Shown: positions 1 to 11,272, numbered from the stretch's first letter. The stretch: 64,000 nt of DNA from an uncultured Atribacterota bacterium (GCA_964433555.1 CAYSRG010000003.1:80954-144953), one strand, 5' to 3'. The notes: generated from the letters alone by a model not told the origin. Program-made: numbers and translations.

Positions 1-72
1 CTCTCCACAAAATCATTTATCCACTCTTTGCCATTCACTTTCTTACATCCTTCCTTATTTAACTATTTTCTA

Positions 73-1797
73 TTAACTGTAAAGATAGGCATTAGAAACA
101 TATTGTAACACCATACGATGGGTATTAAAGAAAGAGGCATTAATGGCAATACAATGCCTCATCATATTGATCCATTGATTTCGTTTATGATAATAAGTTG
201 GTATTATTTCTATTTCCAATTTTTTGTATAGAGAATCGGCCTCTTCCTGTTCAATGCTTTCCATATTTGCTGCTGATCCTATAGACCATCCGGTAATACC
301 CTCAATATATCCTTCCACCCACCATCCATCCAGGATACTAAAACTGGGAATTCCATTATGAGCAGCTTTCATCCCTGAAGTCCCAGATGCTTCCTGAGGC
401 TTTCTGGGAGTATTCAACCATAAATCTACTCCAGAGGTTAATATTTTCCCTAAATTCATATTATAGTTTTTCAGATAGACAATTTTGATATTCTCCTGGC
501 ATGGTAATTGCAGTGAGGTATTGATAATCTTTTGAATTAATTCTTTCCCCCTCTGATCCCTGGGATGTGCCTTACCAGCAAAAACCAGCTGAATATCCCC
601 TTTCTTGCTGGCAATATCAATTAACTGCTTCAAATTATAAAAAATTAAATCAGCCCGTTTATAAGCAGTAGCTCTTCTGGCAAACCCAATGGTAAATACT
701 TCTTTCTTAAACTTTAAATTGGTAAGTTTATTAATGTAAGCAATCAATTCTTCTTTCTCTTTCTGATGGGCTTTCCAAACCTCCCTATCAGGAATATTCA
801 GGGAATAACGTAAACTGAAAGGATCAGATTTCCAACCGGGAATATATTGATCGTATAGTTTGGTAAAATATTTCCCGGTCCAGGTAGCGGAATGAACACC
901 ATTGGTAATAGAATCGATATGATATCCTGGAAACATTTCACGGGATACCAAGCCATGTCTTTTAGCAACTCCATTAACATAATGGCTGAGATTGAGCGCT
1001 AATTGAGTCATATTCAGTTTTTCTTCACCAGCCAGGCTTTTTAATAGGTCATAGGGAATTATATTACCTAGGACCTGCTCAACTAGTTGATAGGGAAATT
1101 GGTCCATTCCTGCCGGTACTGGGGTATGTGTGGTAAAAACACACATTTTTTTAACTTGATCAATATCCCAGTTATCTCTCTCTAAATTATTGAATTGACA
1201 TAATAATTCCAGAGCAAGTAAACTGGCATGGCCTTCATTCATATGATATCTTGAGATGTTTTTATATCCCAGTTCCTTTAGCATTTTCACGCCACCAATC
1301 CCTAATACTATCTCCTGAGCCAGACGGTATCGTTCATCACCACCGTATAAATAATAAGAAAGGCTACGATCATATTCACTATTTTCAGGTAGATCAGTAT
1401 CTAAAAAATAGACAGGTACATTGTCACCATCAATACCTTTTATCATATACATCCAGGACTGAACAGTAACCTTTCTCTTCTCTATTTCTACTATAATACG
1501 GGCTGGAGGTTGAATCAGTTTATCCTGAGGATTCCATTCTTCCGGCAATTCCTGCTGATATCCCTGTTCATCAATATCTTGTCTAAGATAGCCCTTTTTA
1601 TAAAGCAAGGTTATACCAATCAAGGGGACACCTAAATCTGCTGATGAGCGAATCGTATCACCAGCCAAAATTCCCAATCCACCGCTATAGGTAGGTATTT
1701 TAGTATCAACGCAGATCTCCATTGAAAAATAGGCAATTTTATTTTCTCCTTTAATACATTCTTCATGTTCATAAAGCAAACTTTTCCTTGCCTCCAT
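73..1797 (-). CDS. glgP: alpha-glucan (glycogen/maltodextrin) phosphorylase, short form
   Basis: YFSME, YSGGLGILAGD, HMNEGH, FTTHTP, FARRATAYKR and PLP-lysine motif EASGTSGMK. Confidence 0.95.
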   Translation of the reverse strand: MEARKSLLYEHEECIKGENKIAYFSMEICVDTKIPTYSGGLGILAGDTIRSSADLGVPLIGITLLYKKGYLRQDIDEQGYQQELPEEWNPQDKLIQPPARIIVEIEKRKVTVQSWMYMIKGIDGDNVPVYFLDTDLPENSEYDRSLSYYLYGGDERYRLAQEIVLGIGGVKMLKELGYKNISRYHMNEGHASLLALELLCQFNNLERDNWDIDQVKKMCVFTTHTPVPAGMDQFPYQLVEQVLGNIIPYDLLKSLAGEEKLNMTQLALNLSHYVNGVAKRHGLVSREMFPGYHIDSITNGVHSATWTGKYFTKLYDQYIPGWKSDPFSLRYSLNIPDREVWKAHQKEKEELIAYINKLTNLKFKKEVFTIGFARRATAYKRADLIFYNLKQLIDIASKKGDIQLVFAGKAHPRDQRGKELIQKIINTSLQLPCQENIKIVYLKNYNMNLGKILTSGVDLWLNTPRKPQEASGTSGMKAAHNGIPSFSILDGWWVEGYIEGITGWSIGSAANMESIEQEEADSLYKKLEIEIIPTYYHKRNQWINMMRHCIAINASFFNTHRMVLQYVSNAYLYS

Positions 1798-2014
1798 TTT
1801 GCCTCCCCTTTATTATCTTTTTATCATAGATTAGTTAAAACTCTTAGTATCCATAGCTAAAATAGATATAAATATAAAAAGTGTTATAAATTTAATTCTA
1901 CCAATAAAAAACGATATGGCTGATTTATGCTATGTTTAGCTTATCTGATTTTATCATATTTGGTCAATTTCTTATAATACTCCATTAACCTTTATCAGGG
2001 TCAGGATTAATATT

Positions 2015-2068
2015 TTTATAAAGTTTTAATAAATATTTTATGAGTATTTTAAAATAATATCATATAAT
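2015..2068 (+). promoter_or_regulatory. four TTTAWN direct-repeat boxes followed by -10 TATAAT; probable OmpR-family binding site
   Basis: TTTATA-4-TTTAAT-6-TTTATG-5-TTTAAA-9-TATAAT upstream of the kinase; same spacing at 29579-29632 on the minus strand. Confidence 0.6.
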
Positions 2069-2138
2069 AAAATAAGAAAGAATGTATAGTAAGAAACAAT
2101 ACTAATCTGTTTAAATAAAGATTAGCAGGTTATAGAAA

Positions 2139-3662
2139 ATGATGACCATTCAAAAACGTTTATGGATATCCAATTTATTACTAATATTAATTACTATACT
2201 ATTATTGATTGGCGTAAGTTTAATAATAACAGAAAATTTCCGTGAATTTATAGGATTCCCTCCTCCGGATGACCAAAGGCAGCCCCCTATTCTAAATAGG
2301 GCTCTTCTCCGGGCAGACCGAATAGTAATGAAAACAATTGAATCAGAACCGGATCAATTCTTAAATAATGATTTTCTAGAGCAGATAGATGATTTTTTAA
2401 ATTCTTTTAATACCAATATAATTGTGAAAAAAGAAGATAAAGTAGTTTATTTTTCCCCATTTCTTGTTGAAATTGATGCTAATCACCAGCATCTTTTACA
2501 ACAACAAATAAATACACCTACTCCTAAAGCAGATTATGTTATTAGAATTTCAGATACTATGTTTATGAAAACTATCCACTTACCCTTTGGAGACTACACT
2601 GCCGGAACCTTATTCTTAATCAATGATGCAACTTCTATCTATCATGAATTAAATTCTTTTAAGAATTCTGTTATTTATACTTTAGTGTTATTTTTACTTA
2701 TAATGATAATTATTAATACCCTGATTACTTATTTCTTATCTAAACAGATTGTCAGTCCGATTATACGTCTGAAAAATGCAGCCCAACAAATTCAAAAGGG
2801 AAATTATGATTTTCAACTAAAGCCGTCTACTAAAGATGAAATTGGAGCATTGTTTCAGAGTTTTGAAGAAGCTCGAAAACAGTTAATGAAATCGGAGGAG
2901 ACGCAAAAGAAATACGAGCAAAATCGCAATGAGCTCATCACTAATATTTCTCATGACTTAAAAACTCCAATTACCACTATCAAAGGTTATATTGAAGGTA
3001 TTATGGATGGTGTGCCCAAATCAAAAGAAAAACAGGATAAATATTTAAGAACAATCTATCAAAATGCTGTACATATGGAATCATTAATTGAAGATTTATT
3101 TTTGCTTTCTAAATTTGATTTAAATCAATCCTTTTATCAATTTGAGAGAATAAATATTAAAAATTACCTGGCAGATTCTTATGAAGAATTACAATTCGAT
3201 CTGCAGGAAAAGGGCATTAAACTGGAATATAAGGCAGATTATGAGGAACAAAATCTGGTTAAAGCAGATAGACAACAGCTAAAAAGAGTAATTCTGAATA
3301 TTATTAACAATGCAATTAATTATAGCAATGCCAATAATCCCAAGATTGAAATGATATTAACAGAACAAGAACAGGAAGCTCAAATTGAAATCAGAGATAA
3401 TGGTAGGGGTGTCTCCGAAGATATACTGGATAAAATATTTGACCGATTTTATAAAGAAGATAAAGCCCGTTCCAATAGTTCGCCAGGCACTGGATTGGGC
3501 CTTTATATTGCTCGAAAAATCATTCTTGAACATGGTGGTCGCATCTGGGCAAAAAGTCAGGCTGGCTCTGGTACCAGTATATTTTTTACCCTATCTAAGA
3601 TCAGGGAAAAGGACTGTAATATGCATAAGGAAATAGCAAATGAAAAAAATTCTAATTATTGA
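2139..3662 (+). CDS. HAMP-domain sensor histidine kinase
   Basis: two TM segments, HAMP, H-box ISHDLKTP, N-box NIINNA, DNGRG, GTGLGL. Confidence 0.95.
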   Translation: MMTIQKRLWISNLLLILITILLLIGVSLIITENFREFIGFPPPDDQRQPPILNRALLRADRIVMKTIESEPDQFLNNDFLEQIDDFLNSFNTNIIVKKEDKVVYFSPFLVEIDANHQHLLQQQINTPTPKADYVIRISDTMFMKTIHLPFGDYTAGTLFLINDATSIYHELNSFKNSVIYTLVLFLLIMIIINTLITYFLSKQIVSPIIRLKNAAQQIQKGNYDFQLKPSTKDEIGALFQSFEEARKQLMKSEETQKKYEQNRNELITNISHDLKTPITTIKGYIEGIMDGVPKSKEKQDKYLRTIYQNAVHMESLIEDLFLLSKFDLNQSFYQFERINIKNYLADSYEELQFDLQEKGIKLEYKADYEEQNLVKADRQQLKRVILNIINNAINYSNANNPKIEMILTEQEQEAQIEIRDNGRGVSEDILDKIFDRFYKEDKARSNSSPGTGLGLYIARKIILEHGGRIWAKSQAGSGTSIFFTLSKIREKDCNMHKEIANEKNSNY

Positions 3663-4329
3663 GGATCAGCAAAGTATTGCTGAACTGGTAAAAGATTATC
3701 TGGAAATTAATAACTTTCAGGTCGATATAAGAATCAATGGACTGGAAGGTTTAGAAGATGCTCTTTGTAAAGACTATGATTTAATACTACTAGACCTGAT
3801 GTTACCAGACATTGATGGTTTCGAAATCTGCAAAAAAATAAGAAAAGATAAGAATATACCTATTCTCATTATTTCAGCTCGAGGAGAAGATATTGATAAG
3901 ATTCGTGGACTGGGATTGGGGGCAGATGATTATATTAGCAAACCCTTCAGCCCAAATGAATTAGTAGCCAGGGTTAAGGCACATCTAAGTCGTTTTGATC
4001 GTTTAACCGGGAAAACTGAGAAGGTAAAACATGAGATTCAAATAAAAAATTTGACTATAAATCAGGTATCAAGACGTATTTTCCTGGATAACAAGGAAAT
4101 AATCTTTACCACTAAAGAATTTGAAATATTAAATTTTTTGGCTTCTCATCCTAATATTGTCTTCAGCAAGGAACGGCTCTACGAACATATTTGGGGGGAC
4201 GATTCTTATGGAGATATTGCCACTATTGCTGTTCATATAAAAAAGATAAGAGACAAAATTGAGAAAGATCCCCAAAAACCCCGTTTCATTGATACACTCT
4301 GGGGATCTGGCTACCGATTTAACGCTTGA
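3640..4329 (+). CDS. OmpR/PhoB-family response regulator
   Basis: receiver IIED...LLDLMLP, GADDY.SKPF, winged-helix C-terminus TLWGSGYRF; overlaps kinase end. Confidence 0.95.
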   Translation: MKKILIIEDQQSIAELVKDYLEINNFQVDIRINGLEGLEDALCKDYDLILLDLMLPDIDGFEICKKIRKDKNIPILIISARGEDIDKIRGLGLGADDYISKPFSPNELVARVKAHLSRFDRLTGKTEKVKHEIQIKNLTINQVSRRIFLDNKEIIFTTKEFEILNFLASHPNIVFSKERLYEHIWGDDSYGDIATIAVHIKKIRDKIEKDPQKPRFIDTLWGSGYRFNA

Positions 4330-4357
4330 TGCTAATAGGCCACTAAAGGAATTTCCC

Positions 4358-5000
4358 CTAGTTAAATAAGGTATAAATGCATTCCTGGTACATCTGCAGG
4401 CGATAGCAAAAACCAGCCCAATAACCCAATTTACTCTCTTTTGTATGATGAGTTAAGCCAGACAATACCGGATGAACTATCTTAATCCTGTGATATAGAG
4501 CTAATTTAGTTAAAAATATCTCAACTCCAAATTTAGCCCAGGAAAGGTCTGGAAGAATCTGGACAAATTGTCCGGAAAGAGCTCTTTGCCCATTAAGAAT
4601 ACTGAAGTACTTCTGTACCAAATCAACACCGATCTGTCCACCTTTTTGAAAAATTCCTACTATCATACCCGTATCAGGATTGTTTTTCAGGGGATCAAGC
4701 AAAGCTTCCATATGTATTTCATTTAAATTGATAAGATTGGCATCCAAAAAGAGCCAGTAATCAGCATCACCGATATGAGCGATACCAGTTTGCAATGCTG
4801 CCCCTTTCCCCATATTATGATTATGTTTCAATACTTCAACTGAATAACGTTCAGCACAATTGGCAGTTCCATCAGAGGATCCATCATCTATGACAATGAT
4901 TCTCTTTTCTCTCTTATACTGGCAAACTACCCTCTAAAACAATGCCAATTCTGGGCTCTTCATTAAAAGCTGGTATAAGAATAACAAGATTTTCCTTTTT
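4358..5000 (-). pseudogene. frameshifted GT2-family glycosyltransferase
   Basis: VILIPAFNEEPRIGIVLE is in one frame and VVCQYKREKRIIVIDDGSSDGT...NMGKGAAL in another, joined at a GGG run (4930-4932); DxD motif reads FLDAN. Confidence 0.75.
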
Positions 5001-5130
5001 CCCTTCATTTCCCTGTTTAATAATTTTTCCATCCTTTCTTTATTTATGGTTCACTGATTTATCGTATTATTATTAGATAAAATTATCCTTACCCTATGAA
5101 AATTATATTAATCATTCCTCTATATTAAGT

Positions 5131-5865
5131 TTAATCACTTTTATAAATCCAGTTATTATCATTATGATATACCATCAACCTGCTCATACCACCATCAACT
5201 ACTAAATTCTCTCCAGTAATGAATCCGCTTTTCTCATTACATAGAAAAAGTACAGCGTGAGCAATATCTTCCACCTTACCTATTCTTTTTACTGGATGTT
5301 GCTCCCTATCAGCATCAGTCCAATTATTACTATCTTTAGAAACGTCTATCCAGCCTGGAGAAACTGAATTTACTCTTACTTTGCCCGCAAGGCTTACAGC
5401 CATAGCATAAGTTAAGGCAACAATCCCTCCTTTTGCTGCTGAATAACTTTCCGTGTCCGGTTGAGACATAAAAGCTCTTGTGGATGAGATATTTATAATA
5501 GCAGCACCACTATTAAAATAAGGGAGGAATAATTTTGTTAAAATATAAGGGGCAGTAACTCCTACCTTTAAAACATAATTAAAATCAGTAAAACTACAAT
5601 TGGAAAGTAATCCATTCTTACTTAAACCAGCATTGTTAATCAAATAATCAATCTTCTTAAATTGTTCTCTGACTACTCTGGTAAACTTTATTAAATCTTT
5701 TTCCACTGCTATATCTCCCTGGTAAAATATCTCCCAATCTGTTTGCGTTTTCTCTTTGTCAATAACAGCCACCCTGGCTCCTTCTTTTTTAAATTCTCTT
5801 CCTATAGCTTCTCCTATTCCCCTTGAACCCCCAGTTATAACTACTTTTTTATTATTAAATTTCAT
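5131..5865 (-). CDS. SDR-family oxidoreductase
   Basis: TGGSRGIG, NNAG, YSAAK, NSVSPG; start moved to the ATG at 5865 behind an AGGAGAG RBS. Confidence 0.9.
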   Translation of the reverse strand: MKFNNKKVVITGGSRGIGEAIGREFKKEGARVAVIDKEKTQTDWEIFYQGDIAVEKDLIKFTRVVREQFKKIDYLINNAGLSKNGLLSNCSFTDFNYVLKVGVTAPYILTKLFLPYFNSGAAIINISSTRAFMSQPDTESYSAAKGGIVALTYAMAVSLAGKVRVNSVSPGWIDVSKDSNNWTDADREQHPVKRIGKVEDIAHAVLFLCNEKSGFITGENLVVDGGMSRLMVYHNDNNWIYKSD

Positions 5866-6144
5866 TATCTCTCTCCTTATTTTGTTCTCACTCAATGCCC
5901 TCAAAGCTAAACTTATTTTAAGCTTAAAAAATTGTTAGTATTTTCGATGAAAAAAACAGTTCCTCTACTTTCACTGGTATAAACAAAAACCAATTTTATT
6001 ATACTTCATGAAGCTAATGTTTTTAAAGTATACTAATCATAATCTTCCCCCATAATTTAAATCAGTTTACATTTAATAATAAAAATGATAAGTTAATATT
6101 AAATCTTACTAATACCCAGGAAAATATCCCAGGAGATTCAAATT

Positions 6145-6870
6145 ATGAATATAAAAAATGGTTTTTTTAGCCTTTTCTATCTACTGATAATTTTAGTATT
6201 TCTCAGTATGACAGCTAATGCTACTACTGAAGAGCAAAGAATCATTCAGACTTATGGAGAAGCAGAAATAACTGCTCAGCCAGACCTGGCAAAGATAAGT
6301 CTCTCCATTGAAACCCTTAGCCAATCGGCGAAAGAGGCAGTTGAGGAAAATGCCAAACTGGCTAATACCGTTTTAAAGGCTTTGATAGATTTTGGTCTTT
6401 CAGAGGAAGAAATAACAACCTCTTCCTATAGATTAAACAGTTACCGTGAATGGGGGAAGGTGGGATCCCAAAACGAACCGGAAAAGATTTATTATCAAGC
6501 AACCAATGAAATTCTAGTTCTGACCAATCAACTGGATACAGTAGGTCAGATAATAGACCTGGCAGTAGAAGCAGGTATTAATAATATTCAATATATTAAT
6601 TTCGAAATAAGAGATCCCCAGCAATTAATGTTACAGGCATTAACTATGGCCACTGAACAGGCACAACATAAGGCTGAGGCAATTGCCAAAGGTGCAGGAG
6701 TAATCATTAAACAATTATATAATATAAAAGAGGAAAGAACCTTCTATGCTCCCTTCCGTTTACAGGATACCATGTTGCAAACAGAAATAGCTAAAAGTGA
6801 TGCACCAACACCAATAGCGCCTGATTCAGTTATCATAAAAGCAACAGTCATTGCGGAATTTTCTTTTTAA
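6145..6870 (+). CDS. SIMPL/DUF541-family exported protein
   Basis: signal peptide; GEAEITAQPDLA.ISL, AVEAGIN.I..I.F and AQHKAEAIA pattern. Confidence 0.85.
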   Translation: MNIKNGFFSLFYLLIILVFLSMTANATTEEQRIIQTYGEAEITAQPDLAKISLSIETLSQSAKEAVEENAKLANTVLKALIDFGLSEEEITTSSYRLNSYREWGKVGSQNEPEKIYYQATNEILVLTNQLDTVGQIIDLAVEAGINNIQYINFEIRDPQQLMLQALTMATEQAQHKAEAIAKGAGVIIKQLYNIKEERTFYAPFRLQDTMLQTEIAKSDAPTPIAPDSVIIKATVIAEFSF

Positions 6871-6875
6871 GGATA

Positions 6876-8126
6876 TTAATCTTTTTGTAGCAAAGCAATA
6901 TTTTCTATATTTCCAGTTTGTGGAAACATATCAAGTGGCTGAACTTCTATCAATTGACAATGATGAGTAACAAATTGTTTAATATCTCTCGCTAAAGTAG
7001 CTGGATTGCATGATACATATACTATTAATTCTGATGTAATGGGTAAAATTCTGGTAATGAACTCCTTCTCCAATCCAGCTCTTGGCGGATCTACTATTAC
7101 CCGACTAAACCTTTTTTCTAAGGTTAGTAAAATCTTCTCACAAAAACCAGCAATAAATTGACAGTTGGTCAAGCCATTTATTTTAGCATTTCTTCTGGCA
7201 TTTTTTATTGACGAATGATTGGAATCTACTCCTGTTACCCGGCAAGCATCCTGAGCTATATTAATAGAAAACATCCCTACACCACAATAGGCATCCAGTA
7301 TATCCGCTGAATCTGATAAATTCAAATACTGGCAAACAATTTCAATTAGTCTTTCACTTTGCTCTGAATTAGTCTGAAAAAAATTTTGAGGACATATGGT
7401 AAATAAGCAATGACCGGCTTTCTGGACAATCTCCCTCTTACCAAATAATAATCTTAATTTTCCCTGTTGTTGAACATAAATGGACTGAACTTTTTTGCTA
7501 AGTTCTTTCAATAATATTTTCTTAGGTAAGCAATTGATAAATTCAATCATAACGTCATTTTGCTGATTAGACTGACGTATTACAATAGAGGTTTTTTCTC
7601 TAATTTCGAGCTCATGAAGCATTTCTCTTATGATTAAACTTACTTCATTTAATCCAGGCAATAACAAGGGGCATTGGTATATATCAACAATTTCATTACT
7701 CCGAAACTTATAAAAACCCATATTTATTCCGTTATCACTTTGAGCAAGATGCCATATTACCTTATTACGATAGTTCCAAGGTTCTGGCATACCTATTAGG
7801 GGCTTTACTACTGTACTTACTCCACCAATGCGTTTGAGAGCATCTTCAACAATTCTTTGTTTGAGTAGTAATTGCTGCTGATAATCAACATGTTGATAGG
7901 AACAACCACCGCAATGATAATAATAAGGACATTTAGCCTTCACCCGATAAGGTGATTTTAAAATAATATCTTTCAGTATTCCCCGGGAATACTGTGTCTT
8001 ATCTTCACTAATAATAGCCTGTACGGTCTCTCCGGGAATGGTATAGGGAATAAAAATAACCTTACCAGCATTTCGAGCAATCCCTTCCCCATTATGACTA
8101 ATACCTTCAATAAATAGATCTATCAT
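6876..8126 (-). CDS. rlmD: 23S rRNA m5U methyltransferase, RlmD family
   Basis: TRAM N-terminus, CPYYYHCGGC Fe-S motif, FFQTN, DAYCGVG, DPPRAG, YVSCNPATLARD. Confidence 0.9.
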   Translation of the reverse strand: MIDLFIEGISHNGEGIARNAGKVIFIPYTIPGETVQAIISEDKTQYSRGILKDIILKSPYRVKAKCPYYYHCGGCSYQHVDYQQQLLLKQRIVEDALKRIGGVSTVVKPLIGMPEPWNYRNKVIWHLAQSDNGINMGFYKFRSNEIVDIYQCPLLLPGLNEVSLIIREMLHELEIREKTSIVIRQSNQQNDVMIEFINCLPKKILLKELSKKVQSIYVQQQGKLRLLFGKREIVQKAGHCLFTICPQNFFQTNSEQSERLIEIVCQYLNLSDSADILDAYCGVGMFSINIAQDACRVTGVDSNHSSIKNARRNAKINGLTNCQFIAGFCEKILLTLEKRFSRVIVDPPRAGLEKEFITRILPITSELIVYVSCNPATLARDIKQFVTHHCQLIEVQPLDMFPQTGNIENIALLQKD

Positions 8127-8249
8127 CTGGCAATACCACGTTCTGAGAATCCGGATATCCTGCTTATTATGCTCAAGTAGTTATTGATATAATGATTCTG
8201 GATAATTTTTCTATGGACATTAGGATTATCATCTGAATCTGATGCAATT

Positions 8250-8510
8250 TTATTTTTCGGCAATAACTAATATTTCAAAATCTTTAGTAGTCAGTTTATC
8301 ACCTCTGGAAAAAGCTCCCTGCTTCGCACCAAATATATCGATTTTTTTATATCCTAATGATTTTAACAGCCACATTATCTCAATTGGTACATAGTACCTT
8401 TCGTTGCATTTTAAAATCTTCTTATTGTCGTAATCATCTTCTACTTCTGTTATTTTATAATCATGAAAGGTCATTAAATCGAACTTGTTTTTTCTATAAT
8501 TAGAAATATC
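8250..8510 (-). pseudogene. C-terminal remnant of a class I SAM-dependent methyltransferase
   Basis: in-frame NKFDLMTFHD...CNERYYVP.EI.WLLKSLG..KIDIFGAK.GAFSR; the SAM-binding N-terminus is missing and the fragment abuts the stop of the upstream gene. Confidence 0.6.
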
Positions 8511-8513
8511 AAC

Positions 8514-9173
8514 CTATTCACTCAGTAGATTCATGGTAAATGGTTGACCATGACCTGGATAAACGATTTTGATGTCTAATCCTTGCAGTTTCTTTATATA
8601 AGCTTTTGCCTCTGCCATATCATCCATAATATCAAATACAGCTGGTTTTTTGATATTTCCCATCAAATCGCCACAAAAGAAATGACCTTCAGCAGTAAGG
8701 ATAGCAATGGAGCCTCTGGTATGACAGGGTATATATATGGCCTTTGCTTCCAATCCAAATTCAGAGAAATCATAGTCACCATCAACAGTTATATCAGGTA
8801 TAAATCTATCTTTCTTTTTCAGACTAAAAAATAAGTTAGCTAATGTTTTAACCAAAATATTTGGATTCTTTCTACTAAAAAACATATCTCCATATTCTAC
8901 CATGCCTATATCACTAGAATGCATGGCAATTTTACTAGCAAATTTGGTATGTAGATAAGCAGCATTGCCGGCATGGTCCAGATCTCCATGGGTTAATATA
9001 ATGAGTTTAAGTTGACCAATGCCACACCCAGTTCTCTCTATCTCTTTTTCAATTACTGAACGATAGCGAGTAAAACCGGTATCTATAAGAAAATAATTAT
9101 CGCCTGTCTTGATAAGATAACAATTGACATAATTGTTAAACATAAAACGATGAGAGAATGTTTTAATTTCCAT
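8514..9173 (-). CDS. MBL-fold metallo-hydrolase
   Basis: LIDTG, THGDLDHAG, HTRGS, GD, PGHG; start taken at ATG 9173 just after the upstream stop. Confidence 0.9.
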   Translation of the reverse strand: MEIKTFSHRFMFNNYVNCYLIKTGDNYFLIDTGFTRYRSVIEKEIERTGCGIGQLKLIILTHGDLDHAGNAAYLHTKFASKIAMHSSDIGMVEYGDMFFSRKNPNILVKTLANLFFSLKKKDRFIPDITVDGDYDFSEFGLEAKAIYIPCHTRGSIAILTAEGHFFCGDLMGNIKKPAVFDIMDDMAEAKAYIKKLQGLDIKIVYPGHGQPFTMNLLSE

Positions 9174-9174
9174 G

Positions 9175-9438
9175 TTAATTGTCCATATTTCTATCTTTCT
9201 TTTCAACCACTACAGTACATTTAGTAACCAATGCTGCAATAGCCCCTAAAGCAGCCAAGGCAGGTGCCAGCAAAGCACCAACAGCTCCAGCCGTAAGTGG
9301 AAATTCAGCGATAGTCTCTTCTTTTTCATTTTTAATGATTATCCTGCGAGCATTTCCTTCCTGAATGATTTCTTTTACTTTTTCAACAATTTTCTCACCA
9401 GAAACAACAAAAGACTCTTTATTCTTTTGATTTGTCAT
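9175..9438 (-). CDS. DUF4342-family small protein
   Basis: VEKVKEIIQEGNARRIIIK...PLTAGAVGALLAP.LAALGAIAALVTKCTVVVEK. Confidence 0.85.
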   Translation of the reverse strand: MTNQKNKESFVVSGEKIVEKVKEIIQEGNARRIIIKNEKEETIAEFPLTAGAVGALLAPALAALGAIAALVTKCTVVVEKKDRNMDN

Positions 9439-9936
9439 GATAATTCCCTCACCTTCTTAAGATTTATAGTATAATATTTCGTATACCCTGTTTATATTAT
9501 ATAATAATTTTTTAAATTCTTTACAATTTAAGAGGAAATTATTTTCCCCTCAAAAAAGGTTAGTCTCTGAAGAAATTACTAATAATTTTTCTAAAAATAT
9601 TTAAGCATACAAGTATCTTTCAAAAATAATGATACCAGAAATCCTGATCAAAAATCCTCTATCTTTTCTCTTAATCTATCAGACTATAATTATATAATTT
9701 AATATTAATCTCGAAAATAACATTTTACTATTGGTCTAATACCAGTTAGGAAAGAAATTATAATGAGTTAACTATAAAATAGAGAGCAGAGATGTTGGTT
9801 TAATTATAAATATAGTATAGATATTAAGTAATATGAGTAATAAAATAAATAAAATTGATTTAGATGCCTGTTTTAAAAACAATATTTTATTGCTTTTGGC
9901 AGAAAAGAAACAATATAAAGTCAACACTATTTTACA

Positions 9937-11184
9937 TTAAAAAAGTAATCCGGTTATAATTAATAAGATGGCCAATCCAAAGAACAAAACAGTCATTATA
10001 ATTTTTACCGTACCAAAGTGTCTCTTATTTAGCTCTGCCCATTTTTGGGAACTAGTTCCCCAGTAGGTAAATAAAAAGACCAGGATTAAGGGTACTACAA
10101 ACATAAAATTATAAATCAAGAGGTAAATTAGAGCATTAGCTCTAAGTTCTGGAACATTACTAATAAAAATGAGAGTGGGTAAATAAATCTGTCCGGTACA
10201 GGCTAATTCTAAAATAGAGACCAAAAAACCAGTTATCGCAGCCATGATAACAAAATTATGTGTTTTGACATTTTTTCGTATGGTGGAATGAATCATCTGC
10301 TTAATACGAGGAGGCAGCTGTAGAGTAGAATCGCCAGTCTGCCCAGTTCTCTTATATTTCAGATAATCTAACAAACTGAGTGTTCCCAGAATAATACCGA
10401 TACCGGCAGTAACAAAGATAAATATTAGTCTGGCTAAAGGTAAAAAGGAAAGGGTAGTTACCACCCTCAATGCTCCGGCACCAATCAGAAAATAGGTTAA
10501 GAAAATAGCCAGGGTAAACATACTGCCAACCAAAAGCAATTCCTTCCCGGTTCTCTTAATCAAAGCCAGGTAGGAAATAAAAAAGATGATGGTGGCAAAG
10601 GCACAGGGGTTAATGCCATCAATGAGCCCACTAACGGCAATAGCACCTATACCGAATGATTGGAAACGCTCAATAAGGCGCTGTTGAACTGAGGTAGGGT
10701 CTTCTTCTGTTTTTTCCCATGGAGGAGGTTCCTCTCCCTTTATCTGTTCTATCAGGTTAACGATATTATCATAGTTAATCTGTTCTCTTAAAAGAAAACT
10801 ATCACCAATATAAATTAAAGGGACCAATAATCGATCATGCTCGGGTACTCTATATATCTCCCCCAGTTGTTCTGCAAGTGCTACGCCCTCTGGAGTAGAG
10901 ATATCAAATTTTCGGATTTCTACTTTAGGATATTGAAAGGCAATCTGCTCCAGCAATCTTGCTGTTTTTTCACAATCATGGCAGCCAGGCTCAAAAAAAT
11001 CAGCAATATAAATGGGTATTTCGTATGAAATATCCTCTTCACTGATTTCTTGACCCCAGGCAGAGAAATTTAGCATATTTAAATTAATAACTAAAAACAG
11101 TAGCAACAAGAAAATAACAGTAATATTACATCTTTTATTAGGATTAAAGAAAATTGTATCTTGATATGTTTTCTTCATTTTCAA
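9937..11184 (-). CDS. glutaredoxin-like domain fused to CcdA/DsbD-like membrane domain
   Basis: N-terminal TM, CHDC dithiol, then multi-TM domain with DGINPCAF and LELACTGQIYLP. Confidence 0.8.
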   Translation of the reverse strand: MKMKKTYQDTIFFNPNKRCNITVIFLLLLFLVINLNMLNFSAWGQEISEEDISYEIPIYIADFFEPGCHDCEKTARLLEQIAFQYPKVEIRKFDISTPEGVALAEQLGEIYRVPEHDRLLVPLIYIGDSFLLREQINYDNIVNLIEQIKGEEPPPWEKTEEDPTSVQQRLIERFQSFGIGAIAVSGLIDGINPCAFATIIFFISYLALIKRTGKELLLVGSMFTLAIFLTYFLIGAGALRVVTTLSFLPLARLIFIFVTAGIGIILGTLSLLDYLKYKRTGQTGDSTLQLPPRIKQMIHSTIRKNVKTHNFVIMAAITGFLVSILELACTGQIYLPTLIFISNVPELRANALIYLLIYNFMFVVPLILVFLFTYWGTSSQKWAELNKRHFGTVKIIMTVLFFGLAILLIITGLLF

Positions 11185-11272
11185 TTCTCCACTATTGCTC
11201 TAAAATAAACGGTAATATGACTTTTATTATACATATTTTATCTTTTGATAGCAAAAAAACTTGGTCTAGGAA

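Noticed and set aside
1-38. start of a minus-strand gene downstream of glgP (GTG at 38, MNGKEWINDFVE)
   Set aside because: Plausible RBS but only 12 codons lie in the window; cannot be supported
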